Sequence record: NC_061445.1
Strand: one strand, 5' to 3'
Length of the DNA stretch: 64,000 nt
Shown in pieces: positions 17,630-27,792 of this stretch (its first letter is position 1; each line of letters opens with the position of its first letter). Below the pieces are notes generated by a model, which did not search any database, was not told the origin of the DNA, and saw nothing but the letters and a program-made list of their open reading frames with translations. The translations under genes were made by a program, and so were the position numbers.

Positions 17630-19087
17630 ATGAAAAAGATTAAATACACTTTTCGCCTGACTGACCTTGTTCGCATTGCTGAGAAACTCCCTGCTGCATT
17701 GAAGGGTTTTAAGGGTGCAGGCGAAGAAGCAATTGTTATTGCGCGTCACGCCGAAACTGATGAGTACGGCGTTCACATCAAGCATATCGGTACCGTTTCG
17801 TGGTTCCCCGCGAAGTGCTTAACTCTGATCTCTCACAATAACGGTGAACTGCTTGATCAGTGGGAAGCAGGTGATTACGGTCGCGATAAGAAGAAGAAGA
17901 AACGCAAGATGCCCGAAGCGCTGCGTAACTTCACTGCTATTCTGCCTGTAACGTGTAACGCTGATTGCTCGTTCTGCCCAGAGAAAGAGATGGAGCAGAA
18001 AGCTACCCAGCAGGAATGGCAAGACGGTTTGATTGCTGCGATCAATCGCATGTACAAGAAAACGAAGTTCGACCACGTATCAATCTCTGGTGGCGAACCT
18101 ACACTGCGCACGAAGTTCTTGTTTGAGACTATCGACCGCATTCAGAAAGAAACGCCTATCAAGAAAGTGGGCTTGACGTCTAACGGCTTCTTCCTTGAAA
18201 AGCAAAACAGCACGTTCGACTTCTTAGACCGCAACACTACGCCTGAGATGACGAGCAAGCTGTCGCATCTGAATATCAGTATGCACTCGTTCGATCGTGA
18301 TCTCGCAAACAAGATCATGGGCGTGAACTACAAACAGACTCTGGAAGATCTTGTGCGCTTCCGCCGTCAACTTGGTCGTGAGGTTAGCTTCCACATTAAC
18401 TTCGTGATCAATGACAAGACTGGCTCAATCACCGAAGAGTTCAAACGCGCCCTCAACTTTATGCGAGCGAACCCGTTCATCGACATTGTGTTCCGTGTTG
18501 ACTACAACGATGTTGAACTGTCCAGAGCGCTGCGCAAATATGCTCTGGACTATGCAGAGTGGGAAGAAGAAAGCCGTATCGCCGCCGCCGCTCGTAAGAA
18601 ATGTAGGATGAAGGAACCGAAAGCACCTCATATCGTTCAGAAGTTTGATCGTTTCTTTGGAGGCAGCACTAACGATGAAGCTGAGAGTGCATGGACTACA
18701 GGCTGCCCATCATGCTTCACCCATGCGTCTAACATCGTCAATAACAGTCGCGCATTCTTGAAAGCGTCTTCATACGAACCGAACGACGACGAAGAAGAAT
18801 ACACTGAGCTGGTCTATCACATGGACGGCGCTCTGTATTGGGACTGGACTCGTAATGACCCTGTACCAGAACCACGCAGCAAACGTTTCGACTTCGAAAT
18901 GAAAGAAGAAGCTGTCGCTCAGCCGAAAGCTGTTAAGAAAGCTAAGAAGGCCAAGCCTGTGGCTATGACCAGCAAGCAGAAGAAAGAAGTTGAGCGTGAG
19001 TCTGGTGTTGATAGCTGCAACTATTCATCTCGCTGTGGTTTTGTTGGCGGTAACGGTCGCTGTGGCTTCGGCAGCGGTCTGTGCTAA
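17630..19087 (+). CDS. Radical SAM enzyme with an N-terminal extra domain and a C-terminal Cys/Gly tail
   Basis: CNADCSFC (CxxxCxxC), ISGGEPTL, LTSNG, LNISMHS. Confidence 0.88.
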   Translation: MKKIKYTFRLTDLVRIAEKLPAALKGFKGAGEEAIVIARHAETDEYGVHIKHIGTVSWFPAKCLTLISHNNGELLDQWEAGDYGRDKKKKKRKMPEALRNFTAILPVTCNADCSFCPEKEMEQKATQQEWQDGLIAAINRMYKKTKFDHVSISGGEPTLRTKFLFETIDRIQKETPIKKVGLTSNGFFLEKQNSTFDFLDRNTTPEMTSKLSHLNISMHSFDRDLANKIMGVNYKQTLEDLVRFRRQLGREVSFHINFVINDKTGSITEEFKRALNFMRANPFIDIVFRVDYNDVELSRALRKYALDYAEWEEESRIAAAARKKCRMKEPKAPHIVQKFDRFFGGSTNDEAESAWTTGCPSCFTHASNIVNNSRAFLKASSYEPNDDEEEYTELVYHMDGALYWDWTRNDPVPEPRSKRFDFEMKEEAVAQPKAVKKAKKAKPVAMTSKQKKEVERESGVDSCNYSSRCGFVGGNGRCGFGSGLC

Positions 19088-19097
19088 GGACAATCAA

Positions 19098-19457
19098 ATG
19101 AAACAACGTACCTTCTATTATGACAGCCCGTTCTATTACGGGCTTATCGTGTGGCGCAAGCGTCTGCGCAATGTTGTGCTGATGCTATGCGCAATACTCA
19201 TCATTCACGGCTGGCATGTGCCTGTAGTTGAAAACATGTGGGCATGGACTGGCATTATCTTCGGTATCTTGTTTCTCGTTTGCTACATTAAGATGTGGGA
19301 ATACGAGCGCATGATTCTCGAAGCGTGTGGTCCGCTAGATACGCACACTGTTATCGGTGTGTTGAACTTCGAAAGTTTAGAGCGCAAACATGCTGTCTGG
19401 TACGAAAAGAAGTTCGGACACAAGCCACCTAAAACTAACTCATGGAGTATCGACTAA
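19098..19457 (+). CDS. Membrane protein (2 TM)
   Basis: Two hydrophobic stretches. Confidence 0.7.
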   Translation: MKQRTFYYDSPFYYGLIVWRKRLRNVVLMLCAILIIHGWHVPVVENMWAWTGIIFGILFLVCYIKMWEYERMILEACGPLDTHTVIGVLNFESLERKHAVWYEKKFGHKPPKTNSWSID

Positions 19458-19879
19458 TGCCTCGCATGTTTACTGAGACTCATCGCAATAAGTATTTCCG
19501 TGATCGTAATCATCCTGGGTATCACGGTGACGTGTGCGAGCAAATCCATGTTGAGGGTATGGAAACGCTAAAAGACCTGAAATACTATCAGACAGCAATT
19601 TCGATGCTGCGCCGTAGTACACCTAAACGTACCAGTGAATACAGCCACGACATTCTGTATCTGCGTACTCACTTTAAAGAAGCTGCTGCGCGTATGAAGT
19701 CGCTACGCATTGCATATACCGAAGAGCATTGTCGCAGACACGGTGAGCGTATGCGCCTCGAAGTGAAAGACGCTGACGGCAATCGTGTTGATTTGTTCGT
19801 GACGTATGACGCGGCCAAATACTGCAAACTGCGTTCCGGTCTCGGCGCAACTATCGAACGTTACGAGGAAAAGAAATGA
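19457..19879 (+). CDS. Hypothetical protein
   Basis: TAATG coupling. Confidence 0.7.
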   Translation: MPRMFTETHRNKYFRDRNHPGYHGDVCEQIHVEGMETLKDLKYYQTAISMLRRSTPKRTSEYSHDILYLRTHFKEAAARMKSLRIAYTEEHCRRHGERMRLEVKDADGNRVDLFVTYDAAKYCKLRSGLGATIERYEEKK

Positions 19880-20592
19880 TGCCGAAAATATTCACGCTGA
19901 AACATTCAGGCGCTGACGTTATCATGCCTGTGATCTTGTTCGAATTGAACAAGCAAATGAAAGCTGGTGCAGTAGTCGACCTGGCCGAAGCGTACTCACT
20001 GCTGAATGACACGCAAGCTGTTTACCTGACGTTAGCAAGCGCCGACAATGATGCGTATTACAAACAGCTTGAGCCTACGATTCGTTCGTTGCTTGCTAAG
20101 TACGGGCTACAGTGGATTCTCATTGAGAACGATCTGTCTCGATACTGTGAACGTTACGCAGAACTCAAAGGCTTCAAACGTGTAGACGAGAACGTATGGT
20201 CACACGCTACAGGCGAAGTTGAGATCGATAACTATGACCGCATCATGCTTCGCGCTCTGCTGGAAGAATGCAGCGCTACACGGTTTCTCGAAAGTGTCGA
20301 TGAACTTGTCGAAGAACAGGCGGCAGTAGATGAGATTGACCACAAACTCGATCTCATTGAAGACGGCAAGTGTTCCGAATGCGGCGCAGAGCGTGACCCT
20401 GATGTAGACGATGAATATATGTGTCTGTCGTGTCGCTTAGCCGCAGAGGATGAAGAACGTGCGGAAGAAACATACGACTATCATCTGGTTGACCCTCGAA
20501 TGCGCGTTCGTTTCAAAACAAACGATTTTGAAGCTGCTGAAAAGTATGCTGAGTCGCATCGAGAGTGTAAAGTGTTGTACGTAGGGGAATAA
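19876..20592 (+). CDS. Hypothetical protein with a CxxC..CxxC zinc ribbon
   Basis: CSECGAERDPDVDDEYMCLSC. Confidence 0.75.
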   Translation: MMPKIFTLKHSGADVIMPVILFELNKQMKAGAVVDLAEAYSLLNDTQAVYLTLASADNDAYYKQLEPTIRSLLAKYGLQWILIENDLSRYCERYAELKGFKRVDENVWSHATGEVEIDNYDRIMLRALLEECSATRFLESVDELVEEQAAVDEIDHKLDLIEDGKCSECGAERDPDVDDEYMCLSCRLAAEDEERAEETYDYHLVDPRMRVRFKTNDFEAAEKYAESHRECKVLYVGE

Positions 20593-20596
20593 CAAA

Positions 20597-20860
20597 ATGG
20601 CTGTAGGCTTTGTCAAAGATGATGGCGTCAACGATACCATCGAAACAAACGTGCTGAATGAGATCGACCGCGCTCGTTCAGAACTTCAAGGCGCAGGTTC
20701 TGATTACTGCGTCAACCCTGATTGCGGTGAGAAGATTCCTGTGATGCGTAAACTCGCTATGCCCAATGCGCGTTACTGCATCAACTGTCAGGCAGCGCAC
20801 GACGGCACTGCTAACGTCGGCTATAATCGCCGTGGCTCAAAAGATTCTCAACTGAGGTAG
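20597..20860 (+). CDS. DksA/TraR-family C4 zinc-finger protein
   Basis: YCVNPDCGEKIPVMRKLAMPNARYCINCQ preceded by an N-terminal helix containing DD. Confidence 0.85.
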   Translation: MAVGFVKDDGVNDTIETNVLNEIDRARSELQGAGSDYCVNPDCGEKIPVMRKLAMPNARYCINCQAAHDGTANVGYNRRGSKDSQLR

Positions 20861-20865
20861 TTATT

Positions 20866-21294
20866 ATGGAAGCTAAAATAACGCAGACTGGTACTGAGTG
20901 GCACGTTAAAGCGACTCAAAACGATCAGCCAAGTAATACGTTCACCGCTGTCTATCACTCCGAAGAAGAGTACGAGAAGTGGATGAACCTGCACAAGAAA
21001 GACTTCACTGTAGAAGTGAACGTCGTTCAGGTGCTGACCATTGAAGTGAAGAAAGGCACCTACCCTGATGTTCAGCCTGTAGTTGACCCGAACGTGACGT
21101 ACTCGCTCGAAGCGTTTGTCAAAACTGCCAACGACTGGGTAGTTATTCGTAGCGGCATCACAACACCAGAAGAAGTTATCCAGCTGGTTGATCGTCTTGA
21201 TATCAGACAGCGCAAGCCGGAAGACGTGACTCATTTCCGTGTCGTGCGTGTCGTGCGTAGTGAAGTAGAACAACTGTGGGGAGAGATGTGGTGA
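20866..21294 (+). CDS. Hypothetical protein
   Basis: GAGGT SD. Confidence 0.75.
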   Translation: MEAKITQTGTEWHVKATQNDQPSNTFTAVYHSEEEYEKWMNLHKKDFTVEVNVVQVLTIEVKKGTYPDVQPVVDPNVTYSLEAFVKTANDWVVIRSGITTPEEVIQLVDRLDIRQRKPEDVTHFRVVRVVRSEVEQLWGEMW

Positions 21295-21425
21295 GTGACA
21301 AAGAGCCATACTCACGTTGCGAAGACTGCCGTACACCTCTAGCAGAAGATGAAGTGTACGGCGAGTACGACGATCTGTGTGAGAACTGCTGTGCTGATCG
21401 CGAAGATGATGGAGAGCCAACATAA
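21291..21425 (+). CDS. 44-aa acidic zinc-ribbon microprotein (absent from the ORF track)
   Basis: GTG start overlaps the upstream TGA and its TAA overlaps the next ATG. Translation VSDKEPYSRCEDCRTPLAEDEVYGEYDDLCENCCADREDDGEPT. Confidence 0.7.
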   Translation: MSDKEPYSRCEDCRTPLAEDEVYGEYDDLCENCCADREDDGEPT

Positions 21426-21742
21426 TGTTGCGTAAACTTTGGGTAGCTATAGGCTTCAAATTTCCTACGGTTGCTGACGCTATGCGTAAACGACAGGCAT
21501 GTACACGCGTTGGCTATAAGAGCTACTGCGTTATGAACCGTGCTGGATTCGCAGAGGCATTCACGCATCACCTGCATGAATACCGAGATTCTAGCCCATC
21601 GTTGGCCGTGCTTAATAAACACAAACACGAAGACGTGGCAGCAAAAGCGCAGCGTATGGATTATCCGTGTGTTGTCGTCTTTGCTGATGACGGCTTCTCT
21701 GCAATTGCAATTGATCCACCTACTATGGAGCGCCATGTATGA
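21425..21742 (+). CDS. Hypothetical protein
   Basis: TAATG coupling. Confidence 0.7.
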   Translation: MLRKLWVAIGFKFPTVADAMRKRQACTRVGYKSYCVMNRAGFAEAFTHHLHEYRDSSPSLAVLNKHKHEDVAAKAQRMDYPCVVVFADDGFSAIAIDPPTMERHV

Positions 21743-22092
21743 AACTGACAAAGCTGCCGCGTTACTTGTGGCTTACAGGCAAACAGGTGACGTACTTCTT
21801 CAAGCTGCTTAAAGCGAATCGTGAACTCGCTGCTATGGAGCATGAAGCCGAAGTGCTCAAAGCTCTGCACGATCTCACTGAGCGCGATATGCAGAACGGA
21901 ACTATTATCTGCATCAAGGTGCTTTCGTTTTTTCAGGAGTTGAAGCGCCCTCGTGGTGTGAAGTTCAATCTCCCCTACCTGTGGCCGAAGCGTGACCTGA
22001 TTCGCTTGCTTAACAAGAACGGTGTTGCAGTAGGCCCAGTGCCGAACTACTTCGCAGCTTTCCATCAACTCGTAGACAAAGGGTTTAAGTGA
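21739..22092 (+). CDS. Hypothetical protein
   Basis: ATGA overlap. Confidence 0.7.
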   Translation: MKLTKLPRYLWLTGKQVTYFFKLLKANRELAAMEHEAEVLKALHDLTERDMQNGTIICIKVLSFFQELKRPRGVKFNLPYLWPKRDLIRLLNKNGVAVGPVPNYFAAFHQLVDKGFK

Positions 22093-22811
22093 TGAACCAC
22101 CTAGAACATTTAGATGCAATCAAACAAATCACTGTTGACCAGATTCAAGCGTTCTCAGGTATCGCAGAAGTAATGCACGAACGGGGTCGCATTCAGCCTG
22201 AAATCTTTACCGAAGTGTGGCAGCGCACCGTATGCGAACAGCTTGGTCTGAACTACGATCACTGGCGCTACTACAACGAACTGGCTAACTTCATGACTCT
22301 GGGCATGGTGCCATACATGCCTGTGCTGCAAATTGCTGTGACTGCTTTTGTAGGCGCTGACGTGCGCGAGACATTAGACCGCTTCTCTCGATACGATAAA
22401 GAGCTGATCGTATCTGCCTATGAAGTCGGCAACGAGTGGGTGCTCGACAATCATCGTTTGGTCTGTACGTGTCGCGCTATCGACTCCTTAGTTAGTTTGT
22501 ACTCGACGCACAAGTTGGAGATTGACGAACAGGAAGAGAATCGTTGTGTAGCCTACCCGGGAATGCCGAACATGCCGCACCAGTTTGTTGAAATGTACAA
22601 GCTGATTGACGAGGCTCGTCTGATTGTTAGTGGTCGTTGGCGTACACCTCTGCGTTATTTCCATTCGAGAGAGCGTGACTACATCTGGAACTATCCGCCA
22701 ACAATGTCAACTAAAGGTAACGTCATCATTCAGACAGACGCAGGCACTATCTATCTGAATGGCGCGCCTAAGCGCGGTGATACTAACGCAAACCATTTAC
22801 GCTCAGTGTAA
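22089..22811 (+). CDS. Hypothetical protein
   Basis: GTGA overlap. Confidence 0.75.
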   Translation: MMNHLEHLDAIKQITVDQIQAFSGIAEVMHERGRIQPEIFTEVWQRTVCEQLGLNYDHWRYYNELANFMTLGMVPYMPVLQIAVTAFVGADVRETLDRFSRYDKELIVSAYEVGNEWVLDNHRLVCTCRAIDSLVSLYSTHKLEIDEQEENRCVAYPGMPNMPHQFVEMYKLIDEARLIVSGRWRTPLRYFHSRERDYIWNYPPTMSTKGNVIIQTDAGTIYLNGAPKRGDTNANHLRSV

Positions 22812-22820
22812 GGGGCAATC

Positions 22821-23483
22821 ATGAACATCATTCAATTCCTCATGGATGAGGACGAAGTACAGGACGCATTCGTTGCGTATCGCACTGACCCTACCGATGA
22901 AAACAAACGTCGTGTGATCGAAACGCTTTTGCGTGAACAAGCGTCAGCAACTAACGTAACAGAGAAAGCTACGGTGCTGGGTAAGCCTCCACATCGTTTT
23001 GTGCTTATTCCACAAACAGACGCTATCACTCGTGAGCGAGTAGAAACCAGTGAAGGTCAGATTAGCTGGGACAGGCCCGTTGATCGTAGACTACTCGATC
23101 TGGCGAAGTGTGCTACCCGTGTCAGTAATCACGTACACGAACTTGGTGGCTCTGCTGTGTTTGTGCGATTCACTGCCGAAGAGTGGCACGAGACTTTCCT
23201 GACTCAGGGCCTTCCGATGTATCTTGCGGCGATGCAAGAAGCCTTGCAGGAAACAGAGAGTCTCGAAGCTATCGCAGTCTCTATGGAGAAACTAATTCGC
23301 GTTGTCGGTAACATGACCGAACTTGCATATTCAAAACGACTGATAGGTCAGATGTATGCCGTTGCCGAAAACAGACACGACGACACTGTTAGCCCTGCGC
23401 TTGTCGCCATGGTAGATCTGGGGAGAACGAAGAACATCCCTGCTATCTGTAAAGAGACAGAAGACGAGAACGAGGAAGAATAA
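22821..23483 (+). CDS. Hypothetical protein
   Basis: SD, ORF. Confidence 0.75.
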   Translation: MNIIQFLMDEDEVQDAFVAYRTDPTDENKRRVIETLLREQASATNVTEKATVLGKPPHRFVLIPQTDAITRERVETSEGQISWDRPVDRRLLDLAKCATRVSNHVHELGGSAVFVRFTAEEWHETFLTQGLPMYLAAMQEALQETESLEAIAVSMEKLIRVVGNMTELAYSKRLIGQMYAVAENRHDDTVSPALVAMVDLGRTKNIPAICKETEDENEEE

Positions 23484-23855
23484 ATGATCAAACAAATCCC
23501 AAGACAACTTTCGACCAAAGATCGTAGTCTGTCTATCGACGGCTTTGCTTCTACAGTCAATCTGGAAAACTATACTGCTGTCGTTCGCGGTCCGTGGAAG
23601 TTATTGCGCGGCACTAACACCAGTGGTAACTTCACTATCGTGCTGGTGGGCCCTCATGCCGTCCCCTCGAATTTGGTAGGCATTCAAATCTTAATGGCTG
23701 CTGGCTTCTCTGATGTTGACGCGATGCTGGCACTCGGCGTTTCACGTAATGAATATCGTGCATGGACAAAAACGCAGCGCACTCGCAAACGCGAAGCAGC
23801 CGCACAACCACGCATGGGCAATACAACTTCACTCGACGATCTCCAGAGGAAATAA
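23484..23855 (+). CDS. Hypothetical protein with a possible C-terminal HTH
   Basis: FSDVDAMLALGVSRNEYRAW. Confidence 0.6.
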   Translation: MIKQIPRQLSTKDRSLSIDGFASTVNLENYTAVVRGPWKLLRGTNTSGNFTIVLVGPHAVPSNLVGIQILMAAGFSDVDAMLALGVSRNEYRAWTKTQRTRKREAAAQPRMGNTTSLDDLQRK

Positions 23856-23856
23856 G

Positions 23857-24639
23857 ATGAAACAGTTATTCGTAGGCAGTCACCCAAATACAGTTCGCTT
23901 CTCTGATCTCGATGCGCGTGATCGCGTGTGTGAGATTCGTGTACTGATCGCAAATGCGTATACTATCCTGCGCGATGCTATCGGTGAGAAAGCCAAAGAC
24001 GAAGCGAACGTCTTCCACGGCCCGTGGCTTGTGTTTCGTAACCTGATGAACGAGCACCCAGCATCCTGTCTTGAAGAGTTTCGTCACGCTTCAATCTACT
24101 TCGATGCAGATACCGAAAACATGGTGACTGAGATCGCTGACCTGATCGAACAGCACAACGAGCTGGTTCGTCAGGACTACGAACGAAAAGGCATTCACAG
24201 GCATCAGGCAGATGCAATGATCAGTATTGACGATACTATCAAAAATACTGCGCGTGAAGTAACGATGCGTGTCGGCGCAGGTAAGACGCGCAGTGTTGTA
24301 GGTGAGATTGAGAGTAACAATCCACATCTGATGTTGGCAGATAATGTTCGAGCGTATACGCAGTTTGCAGCCAAGACCACATCGGTATTTGCGTTCTGCT
24401 CGCGTTTGACCAAGAAATTGGGATCTGATTGTTATGATCGCTACGACGACATGACCCAGGAAGAAATGATCGACTGCGTACACGGTCTCATTCTCGCTTC
24501 ATCTAAAAGTGTAGATCAAATTCAGCGCCATGTACGTCAGTGCATCGAAGCCTTATCCATGCCTAAGTGTAAGGCTGATGGTGACTTCGACTTCAAAGTA
24601 GGTGGCGGTGACAATGGCACATTTGACTTCCGTATGTAA
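23857..24639 (+). CDS. Hypothetical protein
   Basis: GAGGA SD. Confidence 0.75.
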   Translation: MKQLFVGSHPNTVRFSDLDARDRVCEIRVLIANAYTILRDAIGEKAKDEANVFHGPWLVFRNLMNEHPASCLEEFRHASIYFDADTENMVTEIADLIEQHNELVRQDYERKGIHRHQADAMISIDDTIKNTAREVTMRVGAGKTRSVVGEIESNNPHLMLADNVRAYTQFAAKTTSVFAFCSRLTKKLGSDCYDRYDDMTQEEMIDCVHGLILASSKSVDQIQRHVRQCIEALSMPKCKADGDFDFKVGGGDNGTFDFRM

Positions 24640-24817
24640 ACGTTACTGGCGCGAAGCAATGGTGCTGGCAGTGCTTGTCATCATTGCTTTCGCTTTACCT
24701 TATTTCGAAGTACGCAACCCAATGCTGACTATGCTGGTGGCTGTCATCGTTGCTGTGTACTTCTTTGCTACGTGGGCATGCAAGCCTCGTCACGGAGATA
24801 ACAGTGAAAAAGAATGA
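24614..24817 (+). CDS. Small 2-TM membrane protein
   Basis: Two hydrophobic stretches; start uncertain. Confidence 0.6.
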   Translation: MAHLTSVCKRYWREAMVLAVLVIIAFALPYFEVRNPMLTMLVAVIVAVYFFATWACKPRHGDNSEKE

Positions 24818-25355
24818 GATCGTGTTGAGCAAGGAAGAAATTGCTGAGGGTGTTGAGAAGATCAATCACGCGCTGTTGCTTATTGGTCTTCGCTGCAACG
24901 AAGGTGATGTCGGTTACGAGACTGTGTACACTGACGACCACGGTGAAACACAGGGAGGCTGGTACGCCGAGTTCGATACTAAGTCCCGGGAGAAACTGCG
25001 TAACTCTAAGCAAGTGTCGTGGCGTAACGTTGGTATGATTAGCGGTGATACGCTTGACAGCATTCTCAAAACAATAACGAACTTGAAGTTCCGCAACTGT
25101 GTGAAAGAACCAACGCCGCTGCAAGTTCGTCGCGCAGAGCACAAGCAGAACAAAGTCGAATCGACCAAGCGAGCGCTTGAGATCTTCAACTCTGCCCAGC
25201 CTCTGTCTGATGGTGATCTGCACATCTGCATTGAGCACTTCCGCACTCTGGAAGAAATGATCAAAGCAGACCCGATGTTGAAACTGGCGCTGCCGTATGT
25301 TGTAAACAACCTGTATCAACTCGAAAACTATCTTCGCGCACGTAAAAGCAAGTAA
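24804..25355 (+). CDS. Hypothetical protein
   Basis: GTG start with GGAG SD. Confidence 0.7.
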   Translation: MKKNEIVLSKEEIAEGVEKINHALLLIGLRCNEGDVGYETVYTDDHGETQGGWYAEFDTKSREKLRNSKQVSWRNVGMISGDTLDSILKTITNLKFRNCVKEPTPLQVRRAEHKQNKVESTKRALEIFNSAQPLSDGDLHICIEHFRTLEEMIKADPMLKLALPYVVNNLYQLENYLRARKSK

Positions 25356-25413
25356 CAATCGTGGGAGACTCTTAACGGGGTTTCCCATTAGTCATTTCTG
25401 GAGCAAAATTCGC

Positions 25414-26394
25414 ATGAGACTTGGATTCGCCTGTAAGCTGATTGACGCACAAGGCAAGCAACCGTACCCAAACAAAAGCATTAGCTACACGCACTTTGCA
25501 AAACTCGATCTCGACCAGCGTCGTCAAAAGCTACTCGACATTGTGACCGTCAACCTGACGTCACTGTACGATATGATCGCACACGTTGCGATGTTACGCC
25601 GAGACATGCGCATGTTTCGTATCACCAGCGAATTGCTCCCGCTGTTCACGCACCCACAAGTTGCGCACTTATACCAAGAGCGTGAACTTGCCGCGCACAT
25701 CGAACACTGGTTGTGGAAGTGCGGTACGTTAGCTCAGTCATCTGGCGTTAGACTTTCGTTTCACCCAGGTCAGTTTACCGTGCTCGCATCTGATCGACCT
25801 GACGTTGTGCTCAATTCAATCCACGAACTTGAGTACCATGCGTACTGCGCCTATCACATGGGGTACGGTCGACGCTTTCAAGACTTCAAGATCAACATTC
25901 ACCTGTCTGGTCGTCTTGGTGCTAAAGGCTTTCGTGCTGCACACTCAAAACTTTCTGATCACTGCCGAAAGATGTTGACCGTTGAGAACGACGAGATCAC
26001 GTCCAGCATTGAGGACTGTCTTGAGCTTGCGGACATTTGCCCGATTGTGCTCGATATTCATCATCACTGGGTAATGACTAACGAGTACATACAGCCGACC
26101 GATGATCGTGTGCAACGTGTCATTGAGTCGTGGCGAGGCATTACACCGACAGCGCATTACTCTGTGTCTAAGCCTGAGTTCGTGCCGTCGCGTGGTCTGC
26201 CAGATCAAAACAAGCTGACTGCTAATCGAATGCAGCTACGCGCACACTCTGACTACTACCACAACGATGACGTAAACGAGTGGGCCCTCAGCTTCACTGA
26301 TTTTGACTTAATGTGCGAGTCGAAAGCGAAGAATCTCGCTCGTGCAAAATTGGCGTGTTTTACAGCGAACTCTGCAAATAACTGGACAAAATAA
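25414..26394 (+). CDS. uvsE: UV damage endonuclease (UvsE/UVDE)
   Basis: RLGFAC, RLSFHPGQF, TVENDE, LDIHHH, HYS, AHSD, MCESKAKNLA. Confidence 0.93.
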   Translation: MRLGFACKLIDAQGKQPYPNKSISYTHFAKLDLDQRRQKLLDIVTVNLTSLYDMIAHVAMLRRDMRMFRITSELLPLFTHPQVAHLYQERELAAHIEHWLWKCGTLAQSSGVRLSFHPGQFTVLASDRPDVVLNSIHELEYHAYCAYHMGYGRRFQDFKINIHLSGRLGAKGFRAAHSKLSDHCRKMLTVENDEITSSIEDCLELADICPIVLDIHHHWVMTNEYIQPTDDRVQRVIESWRGITPTAHYSVSKPEFVPSRGLPDQNKLTANRMQLRAHSDYYHNDDVNEWALSFTDFDLMCESKAKNLARAKLACFTANSANNWTK

Positions 26395-26427
26395 GGCTTG
26401 TTTCTGATGGTTGCCCTATGATACACT
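26371..26427 (+). promoter_or_regulatory. Boxed extended -10 promoter
   Basis: TCTGCAAATAACTGGACAAAA, 33 nt, TG-a-TACACT 26422-27. Confidence 0.7.
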
Positions 26428-26474
26428 GTTTATGAGCACTTTTGCTCGTTATAACTAGACAGAGGAAATAGACA

Positions 26475-26777
26475 ATGTTCAATACAACAACCATCGTGAA
26501 GAAAGCAAGCGCTGTCCAGAACGTCAACCACTCTTTTGGCATTACCGGTATCACACCGACTAACCGCATCTCCTGCGTTTGGCCTGGCGCTCTGGAAGTA
26601 CCTGCGAATATCAAACGTTGGTGTCGTGTAAACGAAATCACCAATGACCTTGATGCTTACATGCGTGTTCGCTTCAAGGGTCGTCGTGCAGACATTCTGA
26701 ATTTGGTTGCTAAACATTTAGCGCCGAACAATCCTGAACTGGCTGTGCGTATTCTCGCTACTATCACTGAGGCCTAA
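26475..26777 (+). CDS. Hypothetical protein
   Basis: GAGGA SD. Confidence 0.75.
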   Translation: MFNTTTIVKKASAVQNVNHSFGITGITPTNRISCVWPGALEVPANIKRWCRVNEITNDLDAYMRVRFKGRRADILNLVAKHLAPNNPELAVRILATITEA

Positions 26778-26778
26778 A

Positions 26779-27042
26779 ATGAAAGTCCAAGCAATGGAAG
26801 CTATTTACGGTGCTACGAACACCAACACTTCTCTCGTAGAGAAGCGGGGCTTCCGTACTGTCGAATCGAAATACGTCGATGGAACGGAGGTTAGATTACA
26901 ACGTCTATCACACGATATACATGAACGTGTGGTTGTGGGTTACGACCGTTTTGGTCGAGCTGTGTATGGAACACAAGTACCACAATCCACGTTCGAAGTG
27001 CGTGACAGCAAGGAAAGCGAACCGAATAACACGGCGCCCTAG
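26779..27042 (+). CDS. Hypothetical protein
   Basis: GAGG SD. Confidence 0.7.
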   Translation: MKVQAMEAIYGATNTNTSLVEKRGFRTVESKYVDGTEVRLQRLSHDIHERVVVGYDRFGRAVYGTQVPQSTFEVRDSKESEPNNTAP

Positions 27043-27113
27043 CAAGCTCACAACCAGAAGCCATAGAATAACCAACAATAAATTCATGCGCTGACCTATC
27101 GTGGGGTGTCAAA

Positions 27114-27491
27114 ATGATTGTCATTTGTAACAGTTCAAAACAGTTTTGTGCTGATCGCCTAGCACATGGGGATGCTTTTGTTTTTGGGAAGACACGCATG
27201 TTACTACGTGCTGACTTCATCGTCCTGACCGACAAGAACAATTGCTTCTATGTAGTACGCAAATCTGATGTTGTTTGGGCTCCCGAGCTTACGGGTGCGA
27301 CGCATGTGATTAAAATCCGGGCGTTCGCCCAGATTAAGCCGTTCGAACTTAACGCAGCATGTCCTCAGTTCAATAGCCGTGTGTTTGGAACAATCGCGTT
27401 CCGTAACCCACACTTCGAACATAGACTTAGCGGTCTAAACTATGTAGAGACAATCTTCGGAGGTTTACATGGCACGGTATCATGTGTTTAG
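27114..27491 (+). CDS. Hypothetical protein
   Basis: ORF. Confidence 0.6.
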   Translation: MIVICNSSKQFCADRLAHGDAFVFGKTRMLLRADFIVLTDKNNCFYVVRKSDVVWAPELTGATHVIKIRAFAQIKPFELNAACPQFNSRVFGTIAFRNPHFEHRLSGLNYVETIFGGLHGTVSCV

Positions 27492-27720
27492 CGCTACCCA
27501 CAAATACTACGGCGAAGCATATCAAGGTACGTGGCTGAAAGAGATCGCTCTCAACGGCCAGCAAGTATCAGAAGCCGAGTTTAAAGACTTCGAGACCGCA
27601 AAGGAATGCGCGGATAAGTTACATCAGGTTTGCGACATAGGGTGGATCGTCTATAACGCTTTTTCAGAAAGAGCGATGTACGACACCCGTACTGAAAGCC
27701 AAGAGTCTGTAAATAACTAG
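27469..27720 (+). CDS. Hypothetical protein
   Basis: GGAGG SD. Confidence 0.7.
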   Translation: MARYHVFSATHKYYGEAYQGTWLKEIALNGQQVSEAEFKDFETAKECADKLHQVCDIGWIVYNAFSERAMYDTRTESQESVNN

Positions 27721-27792
27721 CAGGCTCGCCTGCACTTCTACTCAACGTGGAGCTTACGGGCTTCACAAAATTCACTATCAATGAGGTTCAAA

